DNA from: Eledone cirrhosa
Taxonomy: Eukaryota
DNA: 64,000 nucleotides
Direction of reading: 5' to 3'
NCBI GenBank assembly: GCA_964016885.1
Contig: OZ024741.1
Location: forward strand, 270,816,001 to 270,880,000
A model generated the notes under the pieces. It was not told the DNA's origin and ran no database searches. It saw only the letters and a program-made list of their open reading frames with translations. The position numbers and the translations under genes were made by a program. Each line of letters starts with the position of its first letter. Position 1 is the first letter of the stretch. Positions 12,338-25,230 of the stretch are shown piece after piece.

Positions 12338-13224
12338 TATAAACATGAGTATATCAGTAGTTGCATGCTCCATCCAGCTGCGTCACCAGAATAAGGTTAA
12401 ATGACCAGCAGGGGGGTCCCGAGGCTAGCGCTATATGGAAAAAGACAGAATACATGATGCACATAATCTCATAAAATGTCTTAAAAATAAAAAAATTAAA
12501 AGTTAAAAATTAAAAATTACACCAAAAATTTATCACTTAGATGGTACAATAGATGATAAAGAGGTCGGGAGAGGGTAGCAATGGATGAGTGAGGGTATTA
12601 CTCAGCATGAGCAGAAACAAGCAGAAAATATAAGAAAATAACATAAAAATAATAAAAAAGTACAAAAATACAGGGATAAGAAAAGAGATAAACACAAAAA
12701 TACAAAACAATTAATGAACAAAAAGCCTGGAAACCCCCCCAAAATTATATAAGACAAAGAAAAGCATGGATGCATCAAAGCACAAGCAGTGCAAAAGGGG
12801 GTGTACAGGCAGATCAAGAGAGTTTGCAAGCATGAGTCTGTGAAAAGAATAGTTGGTTAGCAGTGTTGCAGCCTTACATGTATGATAGTCCATAAGAGGG
12901 ATTGTGTACTCCAATTATATCACCTTGTAACAGGTCGATTCTCCTTATCATATCCGCACCCTACGAACCACATCGATATGTTCCAGTTCCGAACGCTAAG
13001 TGAGATAACACTATTTTTCCAAAACCTATAGCCAGCGGATTTATCACCATAGGCGAATGAAATTCACTGTATGTCCAAGCTGGCGTTCAACCAATGTATC
13101 GTACCGCAGAGAACTGTATATATAAATATGTGTGTGTGTCTGTGTGTGCGTGTGCGCGCACGTGTGTGTATATATATATATATACACACGTGCGCGCACA
13201 CACACACATATATATATATACATA

Positions 13225-13459
13225 TTTCGTTTCTGAATTTGTTTAGCAAGATTCTTTATCTGAAAACGTGTGTTGAAACCGATATTGTTATGCTTTGGGA
13301 GGGTCATGTTGCCAATAAGAAACACACGCACCAGTTGCTTTCACTTCAATTTGTTATAAATTAAATTTATAAATTTCCGGTTGGTTGGTTGGTTCCACAA
13401 CCAGACGATTGTTCATATATTGTCAAAGTTCTTTCGTCACACATTCTGTGACCTCTTCA
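13225..13459 (-). mobile_element. Penelope 3'/pLTR fragment, truncated inside its HHR core
   Basis: Homologous to 33585-33845; TGAAGA-g gtcaca gaatg tgtgac-GAAAG-aa-CTT-tgac at 13422-13459, then (TA)n. Confidence 0.7.
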
Positions 13460-13596
13460 TATATATTATATATACATATATATATATTATATATACATAT
13501 ATACATATATACATATTATATATATATGTATTTACATATATAACACATACATTTCCATATTAATATAACACACACACTCACACATATATATACATA

Positions 13597-16300
13597 TCAT
13601 CATCATCATCTTCGTTTAACGTCCATTTTCCACGCTAGCATGGGTTAGACGGGAGTTGTCCCACTTGAGGCAAGGCTGGTCGGGTGACCGTGTCTCGCTC
13701 ATATAGGACTACCTGGCAGGTTTTCTACGGCTGGATGCCCTTCCTTACACCAACCACATTTACAGTGTGGAACTGGGAACTTTTTACCATGTTACCTACA
13801 TGGCCACATTACAGCGTGGACTGTGCGTGTTTTTTTGTCGTGACACCTACACAAACTCGATCTCATTTTCTCGTGCTGTTGGTGGGAGTGAGAGGATAGG
13901 GTAGGGGTAGTAGATTGGGGTGTATATTTGGTTAAGAGGTGCCTACTGACTGTAAGTTTCGCTTTGTACATAGGCAAGGTGGGTCTTCTGTATTACTGCG
14001 TAGCGCCAAAGATCTCGGTCCAGAGACATGGTCTTAGAGAGATGTAAGTGTGTGAGGTCGGAATTTATCAGATCATCCCAGGTTTTTCTGGGTCTACCTA
14101 CTCCGTAACTACCATCAATTTTGATCGCCCTGCACTTTTTCATGCAGCTGTCGTCTTTCATGCGCATCACGTGACCGTACCAACATAGTCTTCTCTCAAG
14201 TAAACAGCATCTGATCCCTCTTATTCCTAATTTCTCACTTAGTTCATTTATGCTTTGCCGTTCACGTATATTACTATAACACATCCAATGGAGCATGCAA
14301 GCTTCATTCCTCTCCAGTCTGCGTAGATCCTCTGCACACAAGGCCCATGTCTCACTGCCATGTAGCATTGCTGTTCGTATACAGGCATCATACAATCTGC
14401 CTTTCATTTTTAGAGAGAAACCTTTTGTGGCCAACAGCGATATAAGCTCTCTGAACTTTTTCCATCCCGTTCTGACTCTGGCTACTGTACTTTCAAAACA
14501 CCCTGCACCACTGTTGATTTTGTCACCCAGGTAACGGAAAGTGTCCACTATTTCTATCGAACCATCTGTGCAATGGAAGGAGCTAGTATCCTTTGGACAT
14601 TTGCTACTTATTGCACCTGAGCATTGGCCACATATAAAGTCTATGTTCTTAGATAGTTTACCTGTGATCCACTACATCTTTTATGCACCCATACTTTGCA
14701 TTTGGGACATAAAATGGAATTTCTGCCTACTCCTTTCCTACACACTGAGCATGGCCATTTCCCTGAGGGCACCTGTGCCCTATTTTCCTTTCTACAAACT
14801 AGAACATTAGTCTTAGACAAGTTAACTTTAAGGCCTTTTGATTCTAGGCCATGCTTCCATGTTTCAAATTTCTTCTCTAGTTCAACCATTGATTCAGCTA
14901 TGAGCATTAGATCATCTGCGTATAGGAGTTTCCATGGGCAGCCGGTCTTGAACCCTTCTGTTATAGCCTGAAGGGCGATAATAACTAAGAATGGGCTAAG
15001 GACAGAGCCTTGATGAACGCCAACTTTTACACTAAATTCTTCACAATATTCATTGTTAATTCTAACCTCACTGACTGTTTCATTATACATGGCTTGTGTA
15101 GCTCTCACAAGCCATTCATCTACAGCTAGTTTTCTAAGAGCCCACCAGATAATGGAGCGGGGGACTCTGTCAAAAGCTTTCTCCAGGTCTACAAAAGCTA
15201 AGTAGAGAGATTTACTTTTAGCTAGGTACTTCTCCTGTAGGTGTCGTACAAGGAAAAGAGCGTCTGTGGTACTTTTACCTGACACAAACCCAAACTACAT
15301 TTCATCTAGGTCAATTCGCTCTCTGATTAGTTGCGCTATAACTCTTTCTGTGACCTTCATGACCTGGTCAACTAACTTAATGCCTCTATAGTTTCCCTTA
15401 TCTAGAGCATCGCCTTTACCCTTGTAGCAGTTAATGATGATGCTGCTACGCCAGTCTTCGGTATGACCCCATTCTGTATTACTTGGTTAACTATGCGGGT
15501 AACCATAGTGTGTCCCACCATACTAGATGCTTTCAACATCTCAGCAACTATCTCTGAAGGCCCAGCTGCCTTGCCTGTCTTCATATCTTTGATTGCCTTA
15601 CTTATTATCCTACCTTTAACTTGCACCGCTGGTCCTTCTATTGGATCGATTTGGGGCAGACTGTCTTTCTCCCATTTATTCTCCTTATTTAGTAGCCTTT
15701 CGTAGTGACACTTCCAGGCTAACTTCTTATCTGTATCAGTGAGCGCAAGTACACCATTATCATTACGGACACACTTCTCCCTGACAATATCACGGTTTTC
15801 CTTGACACATTGTCTAGCAATCCTGAACACCTCACGTTTTTGGTCCTCACGTTGCAGAACATGCTTGAAATTTCTATCCTCTGCTACCCTTTTTGCAAGG
15901 TACACTTGTCTCCTAGCTTCTCTCCTGGCCACTTGATAGTGCTCTCTACTTCCCCCATCCTGCCATACTTTCCAAGCCTGCTTTTTGGCCTTGATTGTCT
16001 CCTCCACCTTACTGTTCCACCACCAAGTTACTCTCCTCCTGCCAATAGGTCTGCTCCAGCCACAGATTTCATCCGTTGCTTTCAGCAGGTTCACTTTCAA
16101 GAATTGCCACTGTTCCTCTATATTGCACGTCTCTAATTGCTCTTCCTTATTGTCAAAGGCATCAAGTAATAAGCTTTGTCACTGGCTATGGGGTCCTTCA
16201 ACTTCCATATTCTTCTCCTCAAGGTAGGCCTCCTCTGTCGTCGAGTACCTCTATTCCTGACTATGAGGTCACTAACTACTAGGCTATGTTGGGAGGTGCA
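13597..16300 (-). mobile_element. Degenerate, longer RTE LINE (post-EN linker, RT, PHD, 3' UTR) with frameshifts
   Basis: ORFs 15402-16100, 14641-15285 and 13943-14548 are colinear with the 2420-4180 protein. Confidence 0.92.
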
Positions 16301-16439
16301 TTCTTCACATATGCATATACATATAAATACATATACATATATATATACATATACATACATATATATATACTCATATATATATACTCATATACGTAAACTC
16401 ATATATATATATATATATGCATATATATATGTATATATA

Positions 16440-16928
16440 TCATCATCATCATCATCATCACTGTTTTACGTCCGTTCTTCCATGCTAGCATGGGTTAGAC
16501 GGGTTGTCCTGTTGTGGGCAGTGTCTGGTCGGCTGACCATGCCTTGCTCATACAGGAACTGATTTTGGCTTGATTTCTACAGCTGGATGCCCTTCCTAAC
16601 ACCAACCTCATTTACAGTGTGTGCTGGGTGCTTTTTTCTGTGGCGCCTACACGTCCACTTTACAGTGTGGGCTGGGTGCTTTTTTGCCGTGGCACCTCCA
16701 CGACTACTTTGCAGTGGGAGGGTGTGGGGGCATATTGTCTATATGCTTCAGCTTGTACCCATGGGAGGTCAGGTACTCTGTATTACTGCGTGACGCCAGA
16801 GGTCACGGTCATGTGTCATCGCCTTTGAGAGGTGTAATTGGGTAAGGTCGGCTTTTATCACCTCATCCCAGGTCTTATTGGGTCTCCCCACTCCGCGGTT
16901 TCCATTGACTTCTAGTACTCTGGACCTT
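16440..16928 (-). mobile_element. RTE subfamily 3' fragment
   Basis: Homologous to 45953-46529; GGAAGGGCATCCAG module; (GAT)n tail. Confidence 0.8.
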
Positions 16929-17174
16929 TTATATATATATATATATATATATATAATTCAAGAAATAAGAATAACATGGTTGGCTGTACAATAAGGGATT
17001 TATTCACACACACACACATCCGCGAAGGGCTAGTTTCGGTTATTTGTCGGAAATTTCTTCATAGAAGCCTCATTCTTATAGCCTGGTCTATTCGATTTTT
17101 TTATATAGTTAATTATGCTAATTGGGAGAGGAAATGGTATATATTTTATCTTGTGATTCAATAGACATGTTTTA

Positions 17175-17237
<63 letters not shown>

Positions 17238-17312
17238 TATATACATATATATAAATTAATAAAAATAATGAATAAAAACAAAGAAACAGTTCCTTATATT
17301 AAAAAATTCATC

Positions 17313-17440
17313 ATTTTACGATCGTTTCTAGGATATATATGTGTGTGTTGGTATGTATATCATATAGATCTATGTAAAAATTTTACAAACTATCAGAGGG
17401 AATATACATACCTACACATATATATGCTGTCTTCAGAAAT
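17313..17440 (-). ncRNA. Type I HHR with long stem II
   Basis: attt-CTGAAGA-cagcatatatatgtgt...acacatatatatccta-GAAAC-gatc-GTA-aaat; homolog at 25778-25931. Confidence 0.78.
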
Positions 17441-17793
17441 ATTGATATTTGTTTATTGAAAAAAACCAATAAAGATTTAATATAATAGGTCTGTTTGGGA
17501 ACAGGTTTTGAATTGACCAATAGAAAGGTAGTAAGTGGTCAAGATGATAGAATAGTAGTAATAGAAATTTAATTTAGGGGTAGAGGAAAGCAGACTTCAG
17601 TTTGTATCATAAGAAGTAAGAATTCATCCTTAGAAGGTATTGGTATATTCTTTAAAGAAGTTCCCAAGTATTGTTTTTCCATTGTGATATGGATAATGGA
17701 CAAGAAAAAGAGCTCAACTATATATATAGGGAGTTATAAAATTATATATATATATACAAAAATATGAATACCTTTATAAAATTAGGAGCAAAG

Positions 17794-17979
17794 TATGTAG
17801 ATAAATCTACCAAAATATACGGTAGTGTCCAATCTGTATGAAGAACTCAATATAATCCAAATATCATGAAAAGAGAAGATGTATTTGAATACATCTTCTC
17901 TTTTCATGATATTTGGATTACATTGAGTTCTTCATACGGATTGGACACTACCGTATATTTTGGTAGATTTATCTACATA
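17794..17979. repeat. Near-perfect palindrome (~90-bp arms)
   Basis: TATGTAGATAAATCTACC...GGTAGATTTATCTACATA; the arm sequence recurs at ~25230. Confidence 0.9.
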
Positions 17980-18273
17980 TATATAAATATATGTTTCACA
18001 TTCCTACATTTAGAAATATGAAAATATCAATTGTTGTTGAAATACAGAGGGAAGTGTACTTTAGGAGATTTGTCATTGAGTATTGTTAAGAGAAGAGCAT
18101 TTAGCCAAAAATGTGGCATTATTTTCAGTGCAATGATTCCTGTTAAATGCTGATACAGGTAACACAAATGAACTACTGAAGCAGATTCTACTTCCAATTG
18201 GTTGTTAAATAATTATTGTATACAATATGTCTATCTATAAAACTCTTCCTGAATGGCAAAGAGGATTAATCCA

Positions 18274-18305
<32 letters not shown>

Positions 18306-18345
18306 ACATATATATAGTTATGTAATAAACAACATAAGATAATTA

Positions 18346-18406
18346 TTTCATTTACCAGTGGTTTCTTGAAAGCAAACAAAATTTGCTTTCAGTCATCAGA
18401 ATGAAA
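18346..18406 (-). ncRNA. Type I HHR
   Basis: tttcatt-CTGATGA-c tgaaagcaaa ttttg tttgctttca a-GAAAC-cactg-GTA-aatgaaa (7-bp stem I, 10-bp stem II). Confidence 0.88.
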
Positions 18407-18642
18407 AAATCCTGGTGTATTTATTGACAGTGGATTTTAAAAACAAAAATATAATCTATATGAAAGTGAGGCTGGAAAAGGAAGAAGGAAAGGAAAAAGA
18501 ATAAATATAAAAGTAGATAAACACACATGCACACACACACACACGCACACGCACACACACATATACATACACACATACATATATACATATATACACACAC
18601 ATATATATATATATACACACACACACATATATATACACATAC

Positions 18643-18694
<52 letters not shown>

Positions 18695-18822
18695 AAAAGT
18701 TCTATTTAAATTGTTGGGATACAACAAGCAAATATTTTTATAACTGATATAAAGCACTCAACAAATAATTGGAGTAAAAATACGATATTAACAAATGGAA
18801 ACTATATTTATAAAACCATATT

Positions 18823-18887
18823 TATTTCATTATACATATTTCAAGGACACCAAGTTAAATTATGGTGTGCTTTCATCAGATAAAATA
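18823..18887 (-). ncRNA. Minimal type I HHR
   Basis: tattttat-CTGATGA-aagcacacca...tggtgtcctt-GAAAT-atgt-ATA-atgaaata. Confidence 0.82.
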
Positions 18888-19024
18888 TAATATAGAGCAG
18901 TTTTATAAATAAATATTGACATACCCTTAAAGAATGCAACCATTACTATCCGGGAGCTTCCAACAGTAATGGTTGCATTCTTTAAGGGTATGTCAATATT
19001 TATTTATAAAACTGCTCTATATTA

Positions 19025-19089
19025 TATTTTATCTGATGAAAGCATACCATAATTTAACTTGGTGTCCTTGAAATATGTATAATGAAATA
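19025..19089 (+). ncRNA. Minimal type I HHR (inverted twin)
   Basis: tattttat-CTGATGA-aagcatacca...tggtgtcctt-GAAAT-atgt-ATA-atgaaata. Confidence 0.82.
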
Positions 19090-19128
19090 AATATGGTTTT
19101 ATAAATATAGTTTCCATTTGTTAATATC

Positions 19129-19179
<51 letters not shown>

Positions 19180-19258
19180 TACACATACACACAAATACAC
19201 AAACACACACATACACACACACACATATATATATATATATACATACACACACACACAC

Positions 19259-19331
<73 letters not shown>

Positions 19332-19652
19332 ATCATACAGATATACACACGTACATACACACACATACATACACACATATATACACGCATACATACGCAC
19401 ACACATATATAGATATATGTACACACACCTACATACGCACGCACACAATTAATTATAAGAAAAAATAAAAACAATGAACAACCATATAATGCAATATGCC
19501 GTCACATAAAAATAAAATTAAAAATATACGACTTAAGAAAAATAAAAATGATTATTAAGTTGACAGCGATACAGGAAAGGACACAAATAAATAAACAAAC
19601 ACACGTGGTAATACACACATTTACACATACACATACATATAAATATATACAT

Positions 19653-19691
<39 letters not shown>

Positions 19692-20194
19692 AAATACATA
19701 AATATTATATCTATATAAAAATAAAAAGGTGGAAGGGGTAAACAAATAGTTGGGAATACGATAAATAATAAATAAATAAATAGATAAAGGTATAAATGTT
19801 TATAGCAGATTTAGAGCACTCAACAAGTTCCTGGAGCAAATAATCAATGAAAATAAACATTAAATCACTCTGTATGTAATTATGCATATACATACACATA
19901 TATATACACACACACACACACAACCATACAAATACACACCCACACACACACAAATACACAGACACACACACACACACACATATATATATAAATATATATA
20001 TATATAGGAAAAAGTATGACCCCGACGGCAAAGCTCAAGCCGTTAAGATGGCTATTATATATATATACATATAAATATATATATATATATATATAGAAAT
20101 ACACATATACACACCAACACACTAATATACACACACACATATATATACAAAAAGTTACGTCACCACCTTAATAAAAATACACACACACACATAA

Positions 20195-20229
<35 letters not shown>

Positions 20230-20569
20230 CACATACATATACATACAGATATATATAAAATTATATACACATATATATATATACATATATACATATATAC
20301 ACATATACACAACACATACATACACACAGAAATAAATATCTATAAATAAAAAAGGTTGGTATGTAAAGGGTAAAGTAGAAAGTAGGGGGGGGGATAAAGA
20401 AAGTAAATAACATCGGCAAAAGTTTAAATATAAGGGGAGATAAGGGAGAAAAAGAATATAAGGGTACAGAAAGTGAGTTCAGAGAGTAATAAAAATCGTA
20501 GTGGATGTAAGGCGTAAAGAGCAGAGAAGAAGTTCAAGGTGGTTGAGTTATCGTAGGAATGTCAATCCA

Positions 20570-21165
20570 GTTACAGAGCAGATGTGATTTCAGGTGAGGA
20601 CAACATCTGAAGATCTCGGTCTTGGAGTTCAGGCAAGTTGAAGTGGCTTTCTAGTTTTGTAGAATTCTAAATTTTTCAGTGGTACACAAAGAACAATTCT
20701 TTGTGCCCCTTTGGTATTCCCTCGAATGGTCTAAAATAGACCAATCGATAGAGTACGGGATGTTTTTATCTTTGAATTCCCACACTTTATTTGCGAGAGC
20801 CGTTGCTGTTCTTTTATAAGAGTGTTTAAAAGAAGTGCATAAAACCTGGTTTTGAACCTGTCCTGAGTCATGCCAACATATCGTTCACTCCTGGCTGGCT
20901 GCTTGTTAATCAAAGGTGTCACTTTGGCCTCATATACAACGGATTTGGAATTACATTTGCCCTGTAATGGGCATTCATCCGGCTTCCTGAAACTGCATCC
21001 TGGATTTATTCTCGTACAATTAGAATTGGTGATTTTAGACTTCATTGATGGGCAGCAAGAGTAACTGATTTTAACTACATTTCTATTAAATATCTTATAA
21101 TATCTATGAATAGGGGGAAAATGTTTGTCTAAGAGGTCAAGGAATTTCCTTCCTACATTAGTTTT
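20570..21165 (-). mobile_element. Penelope-like element fragment (GIY-YIG region), frameshifted
   Basis: TNVGRKFLDLLDKHFP, IFNRNVVKISYSC, CPLQGKC..VVYEAKV...RYVGMTQDRFKTRF; same type as the 35.3-37.8 kb element. Confidence 0.85.
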
Positions 21166-21166
21166 G

Positions 21167-21197
<31 letters not shown>

Positions 21198-21276
21198 GTG
21201 TGCCTGATGGTAGGTAATATGCTTCCATAGGCGGTATGCCGGTTGAGCACTCTATGTTCTTACAGAGCAGAATATG

Positions 21277-21479
21277 ATATAATATAAAACGAAAAATCAG
21301 TGATGCATCTGAACTCAATTTATTGTGTGTTACAATTGTTTCGGAGAAATCATTAGATGTGTCCGTCAAACCTGCGGATCCAGAATCAGAGAAGAGAGAT
21401 CCACAGAATGATCGTGTCTCGAGCAAACAATTCTAACACACAATAAATTGAGTTCAGATGCATCACTGATTTTTCGTTT

Positions 21480-21490
<11 letters not shown>
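21277..21490. repeat. Fold-back repeat with a HHR 3' half (GAAACAATTGTA on minus)
   Basis: AAAACGAAAAATCAGTGATGCATCTG arms; same family as 24770-25117. Confidence 0.8.
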
Positions 21491-21515
<25 letters not shown>

Positions 21516-21657
21516 AGTTTATGTTGGTTGTATACCAACACCTCAGTATGCAGGCTGGAGCACTCGACGAAGTGCGCAGGTTGGTTTGGTTACTCCGGAG
21601 TAGTGTAAAATAAAGTTAAATAAAAGTCAAATGATTAAAATTTAGCTTCGTTTATTA

Positions 21658-21710
21658 CTGCTATATATATTTCAGTGACAGCCATCTTTGGCTGTGACCT
21701 CTTCAGGCAG
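21658..21710 (-). ncRNA. Minimal type I HHR
   Basis: ctgc-CTGAAGA-ggtcacagcca aaga tggctgtcact-GAAAT-atat-ATA-gcag. Confidence 0.82.
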
Positions 21711-21893
21711 TTTGAATTAGTATGGTATAGACAAGTACATATGTTGTTTAGGTGTATGATATTGTCAATACTCTGATATGCCCAGTTCCTTGTTGGGTTG
21801 TTAATTCACTGGGGAACTGGAGTCATATCAGAGTATTGACAATATCATACACCTAAACAACATATGTACTTGTCTATACCATACTAATTCAAA

Positions 21894-21946
21894 CTGCCTG
21901 AAGAGGTCACAGCCAAAGATGGCTGTCACTGAAATATATATAGCAG
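21894..21946 (+). ncRNA. Minimal type I HHR (inverted twin)
   Basis: Identical motif on the plus strand. Confidence 0.82.
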
Positions 21947-22255
21947 TAATAAACGAAGCTAAATTTTAATCATTTGACTTTTATTTAACTTTATATATAT
22001 ATATATATATATTAGAAAGATCGAGTATCGAAAAATCGGCGCACGAGTTCACGATAAACAATATTCGAAATGAGCGGCAGAGGGCTCAATAATTCAGATG
22101 AATCAGAGCTATAACTATCGTTAAAATACCGTCACACATAGAACAAGTCTAAAATCAACCATACGATAAAAAATCGATAATAGAAGATTCGGGACAATCA
22201 GATAAAAAATATCAATAAAACAATACATCAATAATTTAAATGAATGTAAAATCAT

Positions 22256-22391
22256 ACCCGGACCCACTAGAAAGGTGTTAAATCTAGCTTCTTGGGTTTC
22301 TGTAAATCCTTAGACTGTACTCTATCAGCTCACATATAAATATATAAGACTTCTAGAGCAAGCGGAATGGAAGTTTACTTCATCAACGAGC
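22256..22391 (-). ncRNA. Type I HHR variant (UUGAUGA core), unit 1
   Basis: gctcg-TTGATGA-a gtaaa...tttac a-GAAAC-cca..ctaga..tctag tgg-GTC-cgggt. Confidence 0.7.
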
Positions 22392-22871
22392 TTTTTCCTA
22401 GTGGATAAGAGGTTAACTACAAGCGAAATACGCACATGGAATCCGGCAAGGGAGATAACCTCTACATCCGCGAAAACTATTCGAGGAAATGTGGAAATAC
22501 ACATATCGAATAAGAGTGCTCAATAGACATGTTAAAATAAAACAGGAGCTATTCATCACTCAATAGAATCGACAAAAAATGAGCAATAAAATTAACTGGT
22601 GGATAGCTATGTCCAGAGCTAAAAATATTAGAAAGATCGAGTATCGAAAAATCGGCGCACGAGTTCACGATAAACAATATTCGAAATGAGCGGCAGAGGG
22701 CTCAATAATTCAGATGAATCAGAGCTATAACTATCGTTAAAATACCGTCACACATAGAACAAGTCTAAAATCAATCATACGATAAAAAATCGATAATAGA
22801 AGATTCGGGACAATCAGATAAAAAATATCAATAAAACAATACATCAATAATTTAAATGAATGTAAAATCAT

Positions 22872-23007
22872 ACCCGGACCCACTAGAAAGGTGTTAAATC
22901 TAGCTTCTTGGGTTTCTGTAAATCCTTAGACTGTACTCTATCAGCTCACATATAAATATATAAGACTTCTAGAGCAAGCGGAATGGAAGTTTACTTCATC
23001 AACGAGC
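22872..23007 (-). ncRNA. Type I HHR variant, unit 2
   Basis: Same motif as unit 1. Confidence 0.7.
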
Positions 23008-23488
23008 TTTTTCCTAGCGGATAAGAGGCTAACTACAAGCGAAATACGCACATGGAATCCGGCAAGGGAGATAACCTCTACATCCGCGAAAACTATTCGA
23101 GGAAATGTGGAAATACACATATCGAATAAGAGTGCTCAATAGACATGTTAACATAAAACAGGAGCTATTCATCACTCAATAGAATCGACAAAAAATGAGC
23201 AATAAAATTAACTGGTGGATAGCTATGTCCAGAGCTAAAAATATTAGAAAGATCGAGTATCGAAAAATCGGCGCACGAGTTCACGATAAACAATATTCGA
23301 AATGAGCGGCAGAGGGCTCAATAATTCAGATGAATCAGAGCTATAACTATCGTTAAAATACCGTCACACATAGAACAAGTCTAAAATCAACCATACGATA
23401 AAAAAATCGATAATAGAAGATTCGGGACAATCAGATAAAAAATATCAATAAAACAATACATCAATAATTTAAATGAATGTAAAATCAT

Positions 23489-23624
23489 ACCCGGACCCAC
23501 TAGAAAGGTGTTAAATCTAGCTTCTTGGGTTTCTGTAAATCCTTAGACTGTACTCTATCAGCTCACATATAAATATATAAGACTTCTAGAGCAAGCGGAA
23601 TGGAAGTTTACTTCATCAACGAGC
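23489..23624 (-). ncRNA. Type I HHR variant, unit 3
   Basis: Same motif as unit 1. Confidence 0.7.
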
Positions 23625-23684
23625 TTTTTCCTAGCGGATAAGAGGCTAACTACAAGCGAAATACGCACATGGAATCCGGCAAGG

Positions 23685-23717
<33 letters not shown>

Positions 23718-23729
<12 letters not shown>

Positions 23730-24590
23730 TGTAGTAAGAAACACAGTAAACCGTGCGTCTAATATTACGAGGGTTGAAAAACCACATTTGTTTGAAATAT
23801 TTAACCATGAAGCAGACAGAATGATAAAATAAAATTATATTATACAAACCGCCTCAATAACAGGCGAAACAGATTATCCCTAATCTGTCCGAGAGATGTA
23901 ATTGTTATTGAGGCGGTTTGTATAATATAATTTAATTTTATTTTATCATTCTGCTTCATGGTTAAATATTTCAAACAAATGTGGTTTTTCAACCCTCGTA
24001 ATATTAGACGCACGGTTTACTGTGTTTCTTACTACATATATATTATTATAATGCTCAGTATTTATACTTGGAGCTTATTGATTGCAGGGTTTCAGTAAGA
24101 GTTATTAACTCTAACTTTCATTTATATTTCGGCTCCCTCATGAGGTGAGCTTATTAAGTTGCGTGTGTTGGACTGTTGTTTCTAACCAATACACTCATAC
24201 CACTTTTGACTTACGGCGCACGAGGTGATAAATTCATCTTTCTGTGTGAACGTTGGTACTAGGTGTTTGTCGCAATTAATCAGATTCTCTCGCTGATGAT
24301 GCCCATGATTATCTGTTACAAACACACTCAGGGCGAAACAGATTATCCCTAATCTGTCCGAGAGATGTAATTGTTATTGAGGCGGTTTGTATAATATAAT
24401 TTTATTTTATTTTATCATTCTGTCTGCTTCATGGTTAAATATTTCAAACAAATGTGGTTTTTCAACCCTCGTAATATTAGACGCACGGTTTACTGTGTTT
24501 CTTACTACATATATTATTATAATGCTCAGTATTTATACTTGGAGCTTATTGATTGCAGGGTTTCAGTAAAGAACTCTAACTTTCATTTAT
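23718..24590 (+). repeat. Partial tandem (~469-bp period) with an inverted 5' segment; HHR-bearing pLTR/retrozyme-like insertion
   Basis: GAAACAGATTATCCC at 23866 and 24335; ~23718-23862 is the reverse complement of the downstream unit. Confidence 0.85.
24286..24365 (+). ncRNA. Canonical type I HHR
   Basis: tctctcg-CTGATGA-t-gccc...gggc-GAAAC-agatta tccc taatct-GTC-cgagaga; all three stems fully paired. Confidence 0.93.
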
Positions 24591-24615
24591 ATATATATAT
24601 ATAGATAGATATTTA

Positions 24616-24692
<77 letters not shown>

Positions 24693-24769
24693 GTGTATAG
24701 TGGTAGCTATGGTGCTTCCATAGGTGGTATGCCAAAATTAGCACTCAATATTCATCAGAGTAGAGTGTA

Positions 24770-25117
24770 GATATTATAAAGAAAACGAAAAAATCAGTGA
24801 TGCATCTGGACTTAGTTTATTTCGTGTTACAAATGTTTTGCCGGCATGTAGCTCGAGTCATGGTCCTTGTATGGATCTGGCTGATTCTACTTCTGCGGGT
24901 TCTTTCAGACATGGGTATTATGTCCGGAGCAAATTTTATCCCTTAGTGATAACATTTGCTCCGGACCTAACACCCGTGTCTGAAAGAACCCGCAGAAGTA
25001 GAATCAGCCAGATCCATACAAGGACCATGACTCGAGCTACATGCCGGCAAAATATTTGTAACACGAAATAAACTAAGTCCAGATGCATCACTGATTTTTC
25101 GTTTTCTTTATAATATA
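24770..25117. repeat. Near-perfect palindrome (~165-bp arms)
   Basis: Arms are reverse-complementary around ~24942; same family as 21277-21490. Confidence 0.9.
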
Positions 25118-25161
25118 TATATAAATATATATATATAGGTATATATTTTTATATGTGTGTA

Positions 25162-25230
<69 letters not shown>

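Larger units (their letters stand above)
18781..19131. repeat. Fold-back inverted repeat (~165-bp arms), each arm carrying a HHR
   Basis: TACGATATTAACAAATGG...CCATTTGTTAATATCGTA, followed by (TA)n. Confidence 0.9.
21610..21994. repeat. Fold-back inverted repeat (~175-bp arms), each arm carrying a HHR
   Basis: Near-perfect reverse-complement arms, followed by (TA)n. Confidence 0.92.
22011..23689 (-). repeat. Tandem array of 616-bp HHR-bearing units (~2.7 near-identical copies); retrozyme/pLTR-like
   Basis: ATTAGAAAGATCGAG at 22011, 22627 and 23243; (TA)n on both sides; no long ORF. Confidence 0.92.

Noticed and set aside
17020-17085. HHR-like remnant on the minus strand (GAAACTAGCC)
   Set aside because: No CTGANGA box and no NUH triplet; too decayed to call
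18421-20140. Many YI/VC/HT-rich ORFs (also at 12, 40 and 42-43 kb)
   Set aside because: They are translations of (TA)n, (CA)n and (TATG)n microsatellites
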